Made by a program: the position numbers and the translations under genes
Assembly (NCBI GenBank): GCA_966243015.1
Contig: CBIMES010000002.1
Span: 117,458 to 181,457 of the forward strand
Length of the DNA stretch: 64,000 nucleotides
Reading direction: 5' to 3'
From: an uncultured bacterium
GTDB taxonomy: Bacteria > Patescibacteriota > Minisyncoccia > Phycocordibacterales > UBA6065
The notes under the pieces: generated by a model
The model's database searches: none
Seen by the model: only the letters and a program-made list of their open reading frames with translations
What the model was told of the DNA's origin: nothing
Part shown: one piece after another, positions 9,864-19,770 of the stretch
How the letters are laid out: each line of letters starts with the position of its first letter
Numbering within the stretch: the first letter of the stretch is position 1

Positions 9864-10658
9864 ATGCTATTCGCAAAGAAATCGCTCGGCCAGAACTTCC
9901 TGATATCACCCGGCATCATCGACAGAATCGTCGAGGCAGGGGAGATACGCCAGGGTGAGACCGTCATCGAGATCGGCCCAGGAAAGGGTGCGCTCACCGC
10001 GGCGCTTCTTCGTGCCGGCGCACACGTAAAAGCAATCGAGAAGGATGATCGACTCATCCCCGTACTCGACCAGACCTTCGCGTCCGAAAAGGCAAGTGGC
10101 GCCTTCGAGCTCTTCCATGACGACGTCATGGAAATTACCCCTGAAAAGCTCGCCGCCCACGTCTCGGGAAACTACAAGCTCATCGCGAACATCCCTTATT
10201 ACATCACCGGTCAAATCATCAGGCTCTTCCTCTCGCTTCCGCAGAAGCCCGAGAACATGGTACTCATGGTTCAGAAGGAAGTCGCGAACCGCATCATCGC
10301 CCGAGACGAGAAGGAGAGCATCCTGTCTCTTTCCGTGAAAGCGTACGCGAAACCCGAGCTCGTCGTGAACGTCGCCCGTGGAAACTTCTTTCCGATACCA
10401 AACGTAGACTCGGCGGTCATTAAGCTCAGCGAGATACGAAACCCCTTTGCGAACCCAGCCGAGGAAGAGAGATTTTTCGAAGTCGTGAAGGCGGGCTTCG
10501 CACAAAAGAGGAAGAAGCTCGCGCGAAACCTCGAGAGCGCCGCGCCCGCCGAGGCAATCTCCGGGGCGTTTGCGGAGCTGGGCCTCGACGACAACGCACG
10601 TGCCGAGGACGTGTCGCTGAATCAGTGGATCGCGCTCGCGCAGAAACTAACGCAGTAG
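9864..10658 (+). CDS. rsmA: 16S rRNA adenine dimethyltransferase
   Basis: KKSLGQNFL, EIGPGKGALT, ANIPYYIT, MVQKEVA, FAQKRKKL. Confidence 0.96.
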   Translation: MLFAKKSLGQNFLISPGIIDRIVEAGEIRQGETVIEIGPGKGALTAALLRAGAHVKAIEKDDRLIPVLDQTFASEKASGAFELFHDDVMEITPEKLAAHVSGNYKLIANIPYYITGQIIRLFLSLPQKPENMVLMVQKEVANRIIARDEKESILSLSVKAYAKPELVVNVARGNFFPIPNVDSAVIKLSEIRNPFANPAEEERFFEVVKAGFAQKRKKLARNLESAAPAEAISGAFAELGLDDNARAEDVSLNQWIALAQKLTQ

Positions 10659-10667
10659 AATGAAAAC

Positions 10668-10697
10668 AAAATCACCGCCTCGGGGCGGTGATTTTTT
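10668..10697. terminator. Bidirectional terminator between convergent genes
   Basis: AAAATCACCGCC-TCGG-GGCGGTGATTTT. Confidence 0.8.
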
Positions 10698-10701
10698 CGA
10701 G

Positions 10702-11094
10702 TTACTTACCTCCGGGCAATCCCGTACCGACGAACCCCATCACGCCAAGCGAGGGAAGGGGAACGCAGGCGATACCGACGTAAATCCAACACGCCTGAAC
10801 GCCAGGGATATACGCACCATCATGGGGCACGGAAGGAATCGAGGGAAGAAAATTGGCAAAAGGAACAGTCGCATAGGGCACATATACGAGTGGCCCTGTT
10901 GCGATAACGGGGCCTCCGAGATAAAGAGGCGCAAACCAAGCCCAAATAGAAGCACTGCAGATGCAGGGAAAGATAAAAACGGGCCAGCCACCAAAGGGAA
11001 GCATGGGGGGAACGAGCGCATCGGCCTTCTGAACAGGAAAGAACAGCACGGCGAGGAGACAGAGGGAGACGGCGATTGCGGCGAGCTTCTTCAT
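10702..11094 (-). CDS. Small secreted hydrophobic Cys/Pro/aromatic-rich protein
   Basis: Signal peptide ending KADA; mature part has CIC plus two more Cys. Confidence 0.7.
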   Translation of the reverse strand: MKKLAAIAVSLCLLAVLFFPVQKADALVPPMLPFGGWPVFIFPCICSASIWAWFAPLYLGGPVIATGPLVYVPYATVPFANFLPSIPSVPHDGAYIPGVQACWIYVGIACVPLPSLGVMGFVGTGLPGGK

Positions 11095-11100
11095 AGATAA

Positions 11101-12204
11101 CTAATATTGTACATCAAAAACAAACGGCTCGGCGTTAAGGCCGCCATCGGCGAGAACGTACACGTAGAGCGGAATCTTCATACCCTTGACCGAAGGATCC
11201 TCGAGAACGAGCCTTGCATACTCAAGATCAGAGATGCGAAATGAAAGAGAGGTGCTCTTTGAGGGACCAAGTGTCGTATAAACGCCCTTCAATCCGCCGA
11301 GGTTCTCTCCAGAGAGCGTAATTACATCTCCGTATGAGGGATTCTCGGGCGACACCGAGATTATGCGAGGCGCAGCCACGGGATTGTTCGAAATAACCAT
11401 GTATATAGGCCTTTCGGATACTTGGGATGAGCCCCTGGCATTCGACACAGAGACGGCATACGTCCCTGAAGATACGGCCGGAACAGTAAAGGCGAGGGTT
11501 ATACCGTCCTCGCTTGCCAGACCCGAGACCGTGGTACCGCCGATATGGACGACATTGGTAGCGTCGAGAGCAAAACCCCAACCTTGAAGCCTTGCTAGGC
11601 TACCCGGCTTGTTCTGATAAGGCTGAACTGAGTAAAGAGTAAGGGGGGCCTCATTCGCGCTGCGCTGATAAAACCCTTCAACGCTCGTTTTCGCGATTTC
11701 CTCATCAGAAAGGCTCGTTTGAAACGAAGAAAGGCCGTCCGAAGAAGAAACAGGTGAAAAAAAGGGGGGCGAACTAACTGATTGAGCCCCATAGCTTCTC
11801 ACAAATGACTCATAAGCGCTTCGGGCAGGGGGGACCAAGGTCTCGACACGCGCGTCAGACGTGCCACGGAGACAGGAGGCTCGGGCAAGGGCACCCTCGA
11901 CTGAAGAGCAGAGCCCTTCATCTCCAGTTTCCTCAGCAAGCCTTGTAATACAGTCATTTTTTTCGAAAAGAGAGGCCTGTGGACACGCTGACTCGACAGG
12001 CGAAGGCGACGTCTGGGGCAAGGAAGGACGAGAGGCGAAAAAACAAGGCTTGTTTGAGTCCTCCGACTGGAAGACAAGGCACGCCCCGTCGACCATCGGG
12101 GTTGTGTCGACTGGCTGAATCTTTTCCTTTTTGAGGAAAAACCATACGGCCACAGAGGCGACTGCCAAGATGAGAAGGGAGGCGAGAAAAATTTTCTTGT
12201 TCAC
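11101..12204 (-). CDS. Membrane-anchored protein with Cys-rich segment and IPT/TIG-like domains
   Basis: GTG start 6 nt after TATACT; N-terminal TM; PRIISVSP..GDVITLSGENL and LAFTVPAVSSGTYAVSVSNARGSS IPT-like motifs. Confidence 0.72.
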   Translation of the reverse strand: MNKKIFLASLLILAVASVAVWFFLKKEKIQPVDTTPMVDGACLVFQSEDSNKPCFFASRPSLPQTSPSPVESACPQASLFEKNDCITRLAEETGDEGLCSSVEGALARASCLRGTSDARVETLVPPARSAYESFVRSYGAQSVSSPPFFSPVSSSDGLSSFQTSLSDEEIAKTSVEGFYQRSANEAPLTLYSVQPYQNKPGSLARLQGWGFALDATNVVHIGGTTVSGLASEDGITLAFTVPAVSSGTYAVSVSNARGSSQVSERPIYMVISNNPVAAPRIISVSPENPSYGDVITLSGENLGGLKGVYTTLGPSKSTSLSFRISDLEYARLVLEDPSVKGMKIPLYVYVLADGGLNAEPFVFDVQY

Positions 12205-12245
12205 ATCAACAGTATAACAAAATAAGTGATATACTGTGACCACAT

Positions 12246-13205
12246 ATGTTTCGAAAGACACTCTCTTTTCTTGGCACGAAGATAGGACTCTCACTTATCG
12301 CGGCACTCGTGATAGTCGTCGCAGCATTCGCCTTCAAAGACATCAATATTTTCAGCGGAGCGTCTAAGAATTCAGCAGCCCTTGTCGCGGAAAAGAGCGC
12401 GACCGAGCAGGTCTTCGAGAAAGACACTGATGGCGACGGGCTCAAAGACTGGGAAGAGGCGCTCTACGGATTCGACATCAACAATCCAGACACCAAAGGG
12501 AATGGCGCGGGTGATCTCAAAGAGATCGAGAAACTCAAAACCGAATCGGCGGAAACCTCTGAGACAGGTGAGACAAGCTCATCTACGCCGACGGCCACCG
12601 ACAGATTCTCGAGGGAGCTTTTCATACGCTACGTCGAGGCGAAGCAGGCAGGTAAGGATATTACGCCCGAGTTGAGCAAAATAATAGCAGACGAGGTCCT
12701 CGCAAAGAGCTACGAGTCGGAGACTCCGGCCTTTGACGATAGTGTCCTCGTCACCGTGTCCACGAACGACACCTCTTTTATAAAGAACTACGGAAACGCG
12801 CTCGGAGCCATCGTGTCAGTGCCGCTTCCCGAAGAGACACCCAACGAGCTCTTCATCCTCGAAGAGATAACGGCCCGAGAGTCGACGACCAAGACCAACA
12901 GGGAAGACCTGGCAAAGCTGCTTGCTCGATACACCAAGATGCGAGACTCCGTAGTTGCGCTCAAGGTGCCGCTCGCGGCCAAAGCCGCCCACGCCCAACT
13001 CGCGCAGGGAATCGAGCTCATGATGGGTGTGGTGATCGGCGTTCAGAACCTCGAGACCGACCCTATCAGCTCACTGCCACGAATCTCCCAATATGAGGAC
13101 GGCGTCGACCTGCTCAGCGCCGGAACCCTGAGACTTCAGCAGTACTTCCTGAAAAGCGGTGTCAGCTTCTCCTCGCGCGACGCGGGTTACATCTTCATGC
13201 AATAA
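12246..13205 (+). CDS. Hypothetical membrane-anchored protein with Ca-binding DxDxDG motif
   Basis: N-terminal TM; KDTDGDGLKDWEEALYG..NPDT (TSP3-like). Confidence 0.75.
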   Translation: MFRKTLSFLGTKIGLSLIAALVIVVAAFAFKDINIFSGASKNSAALVAEKSATEQVFEKDTDGDGLKDWEEALYGFDINNPDTKGNGAGDLKEIEKLKTESAETSETGETSSSTPTATDRFSRELFIRYVEAKQAGKDITPELSKIIADEVLAKSYESETPAFDDSVLVTVSTNDTSFIKNYGNALGAIVSVPLPEETPNELFILEEITARESTTKTNREDLAKLLARYTKMRDSVVALKVPLAAKAAHAQLAQGIELMMGVVIGVQNLETDPISSLPRISQYEDGVDLLSAGTLRLQQYFLKSGVSFSSRDAGYIFMQ

Positions 13206-13240
13206 AGTGAGATATACTAATGTATAAGCACGAGACACAT

Positions 13241-15670
13241 ATGAAACGCCTCCTCATCAAGATAAGCTCATCTCTCATCATCTTCTCGCTTGTAAGCTCA
13301 AATCTCTTCCTCGCACTCCCCGAGAAGGCCGAAGCCCAGGGCGCCGCCGCCTCGTGTACCGCAGGTTACGTTGCGGCAGGACTCGCTGCGCTGATGGCGG
13401 TTCCCCAGAACATCATCGGAGTACCAAAGTCGCAAGCTGGAGATACGGCCCAGAACGCAGTCACCGGAGGCAGCACGAACGCGATGTCCTTCAATAACTG
13501 CATACTCAAGCCCCTTGGCCAGATGATGGTTATCTCCCTCATCCGAAACATCGGAGCAAGCATCGTCGACTGGGTGAACAGCGGCTTTCAGGGAAAGCCG
13601 TCTTTCGTGACCGACTTCGGAGGCACCCTCCTCAACGCCGCAGACCAGGCAATCGGAAAATTCATCGAGGGAACAGAGCTAGGCTTTCTCTGTAACGACT
13701 TCTCGTTCCAGATTCGCATCGCCCTCGCGCTCAAATACAGCAAGCCGTACCGAGAGGAGATAAGGTGTACGCTTTCGGGAATAGGGGACAACGTAAACAA
13801 TTTCGTCGAAAACAACGGTGGAGCAGGCTGGAACAACTGGCTGCAGCTCACCACCGAGCCAAACAATAACGTATACGGTGCATACCTCGCGGCAGACAGC
13901 GAGCTGGCGCAGCGAGCGCTCACGGCCACGGGACTTCAGGACAAGAAGATCACGATAGGGCAGGGCTTCCTCGACTTCGAAACCTGCGATGAGTACGAGA
14001 CTCCGACCGAGGCCCAGACCCGCTACCTCGAAGAGACGAAGTCTCTCAACACGTCTTCTTCAAACAACGCCTTTGATTCAAGCATCAACGTAAACACCGA
14101 CATAAACAGCTTCGAAAATTCCGGATTTGACGACGGTAGCGGCAATAACAGCATTAACAGCAACACCTTCGACACCTCGGGAGTAAACATCCCATCGTCG
14201 CCGTCATCAGCGACTTTCGACTCAAGCTTCAGCTCAACGGCGACGCCTCAGTGTAAGCCGGGCAAGATGACCTCAAAGACCCCGGGAGGGGTAATCGCGC
14301 GCAAACTCGACTCCGTACTTGGTCAGGGAGAAATCCAGGCGGCAGTGGCAGACGAGATCGACGAGGTTATCGCAGCCACCCTTAACCAGCTCGCTACCAT
14401 GGCGATTCAGGGAGCAGGTGGACTTCTTGGTCTCTCGAAGAAAAGCTCTTCTTCGGGCTCTTCATACATAAACCGATACAGGAGCCAGTACTATTCAGGC
14501 AACAGTGGGTCAACCTCATCGGGAGTCGACACGGCCGAGGACATCTATACCGTAGACGTAGGAGCGTCATCAGCACTCGACGACTATCGAGTAAGCAACT
14601 ATGACGAGGCAAATGCCATTCTCAACAACCCAGACGACGAGGGGCTTCAGGAGATTTACGATACGACAGACGATGCCGTAAACGACGGAATTGACGGTCA
14701 GAAACAGCAGATTGACGCGATAAACAACAAGGCAAACCTCAACACGCAGCAGGAGCTCAACATAGCCCTTCTCGAAAAGACAACTCAGTCATCGGGAGAC
14801 GATGGGTCGCATGCGGTTGACGGCATCAACGACACTTCGAAGTACAAGCCCGGAACAGCGACCTCGAACCAGGACAGCGCGAACCCGTGGTGGGAGGTTG
14901 ATCTCGGCAAGGACCAGAAAATAGATGAGGTGAGAATCTGGAAGTTCAGCGGCAAGGATACGCGATACACGCTCGGAACCTTCCGTGTCATCGTCAAAAA
15001 AGAGAACGGAAACCGATGGACCAGCACTTCTATCAACAGCGCATCGACGGCAAACCCAACCAAGGTAACGGTAGGGCAGACGGGTCGCTATATTCGCATC
15101 GAGAAGAACGCCTACAGCTACTCGTGCGGAAACACGCGATTCCCTCAAACCTGCTACCACCCTCTCCAGCTCGCAGAGGTTAAGGCCATTCAGTTCATAA
15201 GCGCACCAACTGGATCGACAACAACTCCGACAACAGGAAACAATAATGACGAAGAGGAGACAACGGGAGGAGGCACGGTAACGATTCAGACGCCCTCAAT
15301 GACCCAGACGGTGCTGGCAGGGAAGGACGCCGTCCTCGGCGTCGCAGTCAACGCACCTCAGAATACGACCATACCGAGCGTCGAGGTTCGGATCACCTCA
15401 AACGGAAACCCGGCAAACTTCAGCAACGTCTTTCTTAACGCAAACCTGGGGATAAATGTCTCGGGAAAAACTGGCAACGTATCCATCGGGAACGTCCCAG
15501 CGGTCAAACTCACCAATCTCGCCGCCGGAAAATCCTATAATACAAGCCTCGTATTCTCAGGAAAGATACGAGATGACCAGAAGGGGGCTCGATACGAGAT
15601 AACCATCACCGCGCAGGACAAGGACGGAGACCCGATCAGTACTGGCACACTTGATTTTGTAGTAGAATAA
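13241..15670 (+). CDS. Large secreted protein with a discoidin/F-type-lectin-like domain
   Basis: Signal peptide ending AEA; HAVDG...NPWWEVDLGKDQKIDEVRIW...GRYIRIEK...LQLAEVKA; alternative start 13220. Confidence 0.75.
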   Translation: MKRLLIKISSSLIIFSLVSSNLFLALPEKAEAQGAAASCTAGYVAAGLAALMAVPQNIIGVPKSQAGDTAQNAVTGGSTNAMSFNNCILKPLGQMMVISLIRNIGASIVDWVNSGFQGKPSFVTDFGGTLLNAADQAIGKFIEGTELGFLCNDFSFQIRIALALKYSKPYREEIRCTLSGIGDNVNNFVENNGGAGWNNWLQLTTEPNNNVYGAYLAADSELAQRALTATGLQDKKITIGQGFLDFETCDEYETPTEAQTRYLEETKSLNTSSSNNAFDSSINVNTDINSFENSGFDDGSGNNSINSNTFDTSGVNIPSSPSSATFDSSFSSTATPQCKPGKMTSKTPGGVIARKLDSVLGQGEIQAAVADEIDEVIAATLNQLATMAIQGAGGLLGLSKKSSSSGSSYINRYRSQYYSGNSGSTSSGVDTAEDIYTVDVGASSALDDYRVSNYDEANAILNNPDDEGLQEIYDTTDDAVNDGIDGQKQQIDAINNKANLNTQQELNIALLEKTTQSSGDDGSHAVDGINDTSKYKPGTATSNQDSANPWWEVDLGKDQKIDEVRIWKFSGKDTRYTLGTFRVIVKKENGNRWTSTSINSASTANPTKVTVGQTGRYIRIEKNAYSYSCGNTRFPQTCYHPLQLAEVKAIQFISAPTGSTTTPTTGNNNDEEETTGGGTVTIQTPSMTQTVLAGKDAVLGVAVNAPQNTTIPSVEVRITSNGNPANFSNVFLNANLGINVSGKTGNVSIGNVPAVKLTNLAAGKSYNTSLVFSGKIRDDQKGARYEITITAQDKDGDPISTGTLDFVVE

Positions 15671-15675
15671 GGAGG

Positions 15676-17949
15676 ATGAGAAAGCTCCTCTCTCCATACA
15701 ACCTTATAACGGTCTTGCTCGTTGGAGTGAGTGTGTTTGCCTTGCCCCAGTTTGCCCATGCGGCAATCTGGGACGGCATCCTCAACGGTCTCAATTTCGG
15801 CGCAAATTGGTTCTACGGCCTTATCGCCAAGGTGTTCTGGTGGGGAACCATTCCTCTGACCAGCTGGGTGCTCTGGCTCGTGGGAGTCATGATAGACGGC
15901 ATCATCGCCCTGTCTTCTGACCCGTCTTTCTACAACGCGCCCGCCATATCAGCGTCATGGGGGATAGTCCGCGACGTTTGTAACATGCTGTTCATATTCA
16001 TCCTCATCTACGAGGGAATACGAACCATTCTTAACCTCGGCAACATGGTGAGCGTGAAGACCACCATCGCAGGAGTCATCCTTGCGGCCGTATTCATCAA
16101 CTTCAGCCTCTTCGCGACCAAAGTCGTTATCGACGTCAGCAACATAACCGCAGCATGGTTCATACAGGGCGTTAAGAACGTCGGGGGTACGGAAAGCATC
16201 AGCGATGCAGTCGTCGCATCGCTTCAGATGAAGAAACTCGTCCAGAACAAGGACTACGGCAGGGGAGCGATGACCAAGGAGTCCTTTGTGGCGGGATTGG
16301 CGATGACCGTCCTCAACTGCGTGGCGATATACGTGATGTTCAAAGTCTTCTTCCTCCTTCTCGGAAGGCTCATCACCTTCATGTTCCTCCTCGTTACCGC
16401 ACCAATCGGCTTTGTCGGCCCCCTTCTGCCTCAGCTCAAGAAATACGCCGAGAAGTGGTGGAACGAACTGAACTCGATGGCCATAATGGCGCCAATGTTC
16501 TTCCTGATGCTCTATATCACCCTGTTCATTATCGATCAGGTGGACACCTTCGTGTTCGGAGGAGCGGGATCGGCAGACCCCGTGACCGGATCGAGCTTCG
16601 CCCCGACGAACTACATCATGTTCGCGATCATCATCGCCATGCTGCTCAAGGTACTTGAGATAACCGAGGAATACAGCGGCGAAATGGCAGGGAAGATAGG
16701 TGAGCTGTTCAAGAGCAGCGTGGGCGTGGCCCTCGGTGGCGTAACCGCTGTGGGAGGTGTCATCGGCCGACAGACCCTCGGAAGGGCCGCATTTAACATC
16801 ACTCAAGATGACAAGAAGATGGGCGCACTTCGATCAGAGGCGGCCACAAGCCTGTTCGGCAAAGTGAAGCTTGCCGCAGTTACCAAGGGCGCGTCATCGA
16901 GCTTTGATGCTCGAGCCACAACCGTCGGAGGAAAAGCGTTGGGTGCCTTCAATCCAAAAATAAGCGTTGCCGGTATCTCTGTTGACGCCTCTAAGGTTGG
17001 AAAGACCGAAAGCGGTGGATTTAAAGCTGGTGCAGAGGCATTCGCCAAGAAAGAGAAGGACTGGGCGGAGAAAAATCTCGGCAAGGGCGCAGCAGGGGAG
17101 ATCAATCGAATGCGATTCTCTGAGAGCATGCAGAAGGGAACCCTTCTCACGAATTACAACAAGCTCGCCAATGCTGGTGTTGGCAAGAACGCTTACAAGG
17201 ATGCCTATAGGGATATAGAGAAGGCCGCTCGAGACAACTTCCGAAAGAAGACACTTGAGGATGCAAAGAAGGGCACCAAGGACATCAGCAACAAGATCGT
17301 GGACGAACAGATGGCAATCTACCAGATGGAGGAGGCTATCAAGTCAAATAACAACGACCAGATTAACGCCGCTCTTGAAACAGAGAAGAATAGAATCGAG
17401 GGCATCTGGTCCGAGATGGAGAAAAATGCCCTTGAGAAAAACAAGGCCGCACATATCGAATACAGCCTCACTCAGGTGGAGAAGAGGGTTGCGGAGCCGG
17501 GTCCAGTCGGTGAAGCGGCAAGGGCAACCAAGACATCACTTGAAAAAGAGCTTGCTGATTTGAGGACAAATATGACCGCAGACGAAAAGAATAAGGCAAG
17601 CGAGGAGGCGGAAAAACTCAGATCATACAAAGATTACAAGGAGAAACAGGTCGATGCCGTTAAGTCTGCGATTGAGGAGTCAAACCCTGTCGCAAAGAAG
17701 GAACTCACCAAGGGAGTCATCGGGGTCATAAAGACCAAGAGGATTGGCGAGAGAGAGGAATTCAAAGATGAGGAGGGGAAGAAAAAGAAAGTCGCCCCTA
17801 AGGGAACCCTCAACTGGGAACTCGACAAGAAGAAAACCAGCCTCAAGGAGGCCCAGGAGGAACTCGATGCGATAGAAGGAAAGAAAGAGGAGAAGAAGGA
17901 GGAAAAGAAAGAGGAGAAGAAAGAAGAAGGGGATAGCAAAAAGAAATAA
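15676..17949 (+). CDS. VirB6/TrbL-like polytopic membrane protein with long charged coiled-coil tail
   Basis: WGIVRDVCNMLFIFIL, LAAVFINFSLFATKVVIDVSN, LLVTAPIGFV, WWNEL; many TM helices; upstream of prgI/virB4. Confidence 0.72.
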   Translation: MRKLLSPYNLITVLLVGVSVFALPQFAHAAIWDGILNGLNFGANWFYGLIAKVFWWGTIPLTSWVLWLVGVMIDGIIALSSDPSFYNAPAISASWGIVRDVCNMLFIFILIYEGIRTILNLGNMVSVKTTIAGVILAAVFINFSLFATKVVIDVSNITAAWFIQGVKNVGGTESISDAVVASLQMKKLVQNKDYGRGAMTKESFVAGLAMTVLNCVAIYVMFKVFFLLLGRLITFMFLLVTAPIGFVGPLLPQLKKYAEKWWNELNSMAIMAPMFFLMLYITLFIIDQVDTFVFGGAGSADPVTGSSFAPTNYIMFAIIIAMLLKVLEITEEYSGEMAGKIGELFKSSVGVALGGVTAVGGVIGRQTLGRAAFNITQDDKKMGALRSEAATSLFGKVKLAAVTKGASSSFDARATTVGGKALGAFNPKISVAGISVDASKVGKTESGGFKAGAEAFAKKEKDWAEKNLGKGAAGEINRMRFSESMQKGTLLTNYNKLANAGVGKNAYKDAYRDIEKAARDNFRKKTLEDAKKGTKDISNKIVDEQMAIYQMEEAIKSNNNDQINAALETEKNRIEGIWSEMEKNALEKNKAAHIEYSLTQVEKRVAEPGPVGEAARATKTSLEKELADLRTNMTADEKNKASEEAEKLRSYKDYKEKQVDAVKSAIEESNPVAKKELTKGVIGVIKTKRIGEREEFKDEEGKKKKVAPKGTLNWELDKKKTSLKEAQEELDAIEGKKEEKKEEKKEEKKEEGDSKKK
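17881..17928 (+). repeat. Coding tandem repeat (KKEE)x4
   Basis: Four 12-nt units AAGAAAGAGGAG/AAGAAGGAGGAA with synonymous variation. Confidence 0.85.
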
Positions 17950-17951
17950 TC

Positions 17952-18611
17952 ATGGACAAAGAACTTCAAACCCGATTTGATTCGCTCCCTGCCGACATAC
18001 AGACGGCGCTTCAGTCGACTGACATCATCGAGAAACTCCAGGCCATCGGAAGAGCCCATGATCTGCACACCGATCAGCTTGGGGGACTGGAAGCATGTGT
18101 GAGCAGAATCATGCTCGGCATAGATAAGACCGATGATTTTGTCGAGAGCATTGAAAACAACCTTAATGTAACGACGGATGATGCCATAAACATAGCGACG
18201 GAGGTAAACACGACCATATTCCTCCCCGTCAGGGAATCCCTCATGAAAATGCAGGCCGCTGGAACAGAAACCCCCGCAATAAGCAACGAACCGACCGTCG
18301 ACGAACACCCCATGAAAGCGGACATCCTCGCCGAGATAGAGGATCCGAAGCCGGTGGCTCAGCCTATATCGTCGATACGACCCGCACCAACCCCCGCAAC
18401 CCCCGTAAACACAGCACTCCCGACAATTGAACCGTCACATCTTCCAACCACCGCATCTCAGCCGAAACCGACCCCGACATTCCAGACTCCGGCACCAAAA
18501 CCCCAGAGCTCCAGTGTCACCAACGAGTTCATAGCGGGGAAGATGACCGAGACCGTGAATATGCCGCCTCAGAAATACAGCGCAGACCCTTACAGGGAAC
18601 CGCTCAACTAG
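17952..18611 (+). CDS. Hypothetical protein with Pro-rich linker and C-terminal DPYREP motif
   Basis: 219-aa ORF translationally adjacent to the VirB6-like gene. Confidence 0.75.
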   Translation: MDKELQTRFDSLPADIQTALQSTDIIEKLQAIGRAHDLHTDQLGGLEACVSRIMLGIDKTDDFVESIENNLNVTTDDAINIATEVNTTIFLPVRESLMKMQAAGTETPAISNEPTVDEHPMKADILAEIEDPKPVAQPISSIRPAPTPATPVNTALPTIEPSHLPTTASQPKPTPTFQTPAPKPQSSSVTNEFIAGKMTETVNMPPQKYSADPYREPLN

Positions 18612-18614
18612 GCG

Positions 18615-18650
18615 AAAATAAAAGGCTCAGTCCACTGAGCCTTTTATTTT
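18615..18650. terminator. Intrinsic terminator inside the T4SS-like cluster
   Basis: AAAATAAAAGGCTCAGT-CC-ACTGAGCCTTTTATTTT. Confidence 0.8.
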
Positions 18651-18666
18651 TGTGTATAATGAACTC

Positions 18667-19113
18667 ATGCGATTCCAGGTTCCTCAGTTCATCGAGGTGG
18701 AGGACAAGATCTTCGGCCCCCTCACCATCAAGCAGTTCATCTACCTCGTTGGAGGCGCGGGACTTTCCTTTATTGCCTACACTCTCATAGGCAACATATT
18801 CATCAGCGTCATCTTCATCCTGCCGATCATGGGCCTTTCGCTCGCCCTGGCGTTCTATAAGGTCAACAACAAGCCGCTCATCAACGTCATCGAGGCCGCA
18901 TTCAACTACTTCGTGAGCAACAAGCTCTATATCTGGAAGAAAATCGACAAGCCAATAGAAAATAAGGCCCGGGAGAACCCAGCAGGGGACCTGACCTCAA
19001 ACTTCTACATACCAAAGCTGTCTGACTCGAAGCTCAAGGATCTCACCTGGAGCCTCGACATCAAGCAGAGCGCGAACCCAGCGCAGAACCAACAGGGCAA
19101 GAAAACATTTTAG
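18667..19113 (+). CDS. PrgI family (VirB3-like) protein
   Basis: MRFQVPQFIEVEDKIFGPLTIKQF, two TM helices; ATG 6 nt after TATAAT. Confidence 0.88.
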   Translation: MRFQVPQFIEVEDKIFGPLTIKQFIYLVGGAGLSFIAYTLIGNIFISVIFILPIMGLSLALAFYKVNNKPLINVIEAAFNYFVSNKLYIWKKIDKPIENKARENPAGDLTSNFYIPKLSDSKLKDLTWSLDIKQSANPAQNQQGKKTF

Positions 19114-19130
19114 GCGGTATACTATAGCTC

Positions 19131-19766
19131 ATGGCGCTTAACGCGAAGACAACACAGGAGTTCGTTCCGATAAAGGAAATCCGACAGGGAATCGTCATCC
19201 TCCGCGACGACTCTCTGCGAGGCGTCGTCATGGCGTCATCGCTCAACTTCGCCCTCAAATCGGCCGACGAGCAGCAGTCAATCATCTTTCAATTCCAGAA
19301 CTTCATCAACTCGCTCGACTTCTCGGTGCAGATCTTTATCCAGTCTCGTAAGCTCGACATCAGGCCATACATCGCCCTTCTCGAGAACAGGCTTCGCGAG
19401 CAGATGAGCGATCTCCTCAAGATCCAGACGCGCGAGTACATCGAGTTCGTGAAGAACTTCACCGAGAACTCGAACATCATGACAAAGACCTTCTTCATCG
19501 TCGTACCGTACAGCCCGACGGTCGTCTCGAAGGGAAGCGTGCCGAACCCGCTCGGCAAGAAGAAGACGGGGGAGGAGACCGCCGAGCGAAGACTCGAGCT
19601 CTTCGAGGAGCATCGCAGCCAGCTCGAGCAGCGTATCAGCGTCGTCACCCAAGGTCTTAGCCGCTGCGGAATCCGCAGCGTCGAGCTGGGAACGGAGGAG
19701 ATCGTCGAGCTCTTCTACAAGATCTTCAATCCGGGCGACACCGAGAAGCCTATACCTCTCAACTAA
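19131..19766 (+). CDS. TraC/VirB4 N-terminal-like T4SS protein
   Basis: TQEFVPIKEIRQGIVIL, SSLNFALKSADEQ, FINSLDFSVQIFIQSRKLDI; lies between prgI and the ATPase. Confidence 0.78.
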   Translation: MALNAKTTQEFVPIKEIRQGIVILRDDSLRGVVMASSLNFALKSADEQQSIIFQFQNFINSLDFSVQIFIQSRKLDIRPYIALLENRLREQMSDLLKIQTREYIEFVKNFTENSNIMTKTFFIVVPYSPTVVSKGSVPNPLGKKKTGEETAERRLELFEEHRSQLEQRISVVTQGLSRCGIRSVELGTEEIVELFYKIFNPGDTEKPIPLN

Positions 19767-19770
19767 ACAC

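Noticed and set aside
14040-14240. AAC-rich Asn/Ser xFD repeats as a DGR template or variable region
   Set aside because: No second near-identical copy differing at adenines and no RT in the window; looks like a low-complexity linker
17881-17928. 12-nt tandem repeat as CRISPR or phase-variation tract
   Set aside because: In-frame coding repeat with synonymous differences and no spacers
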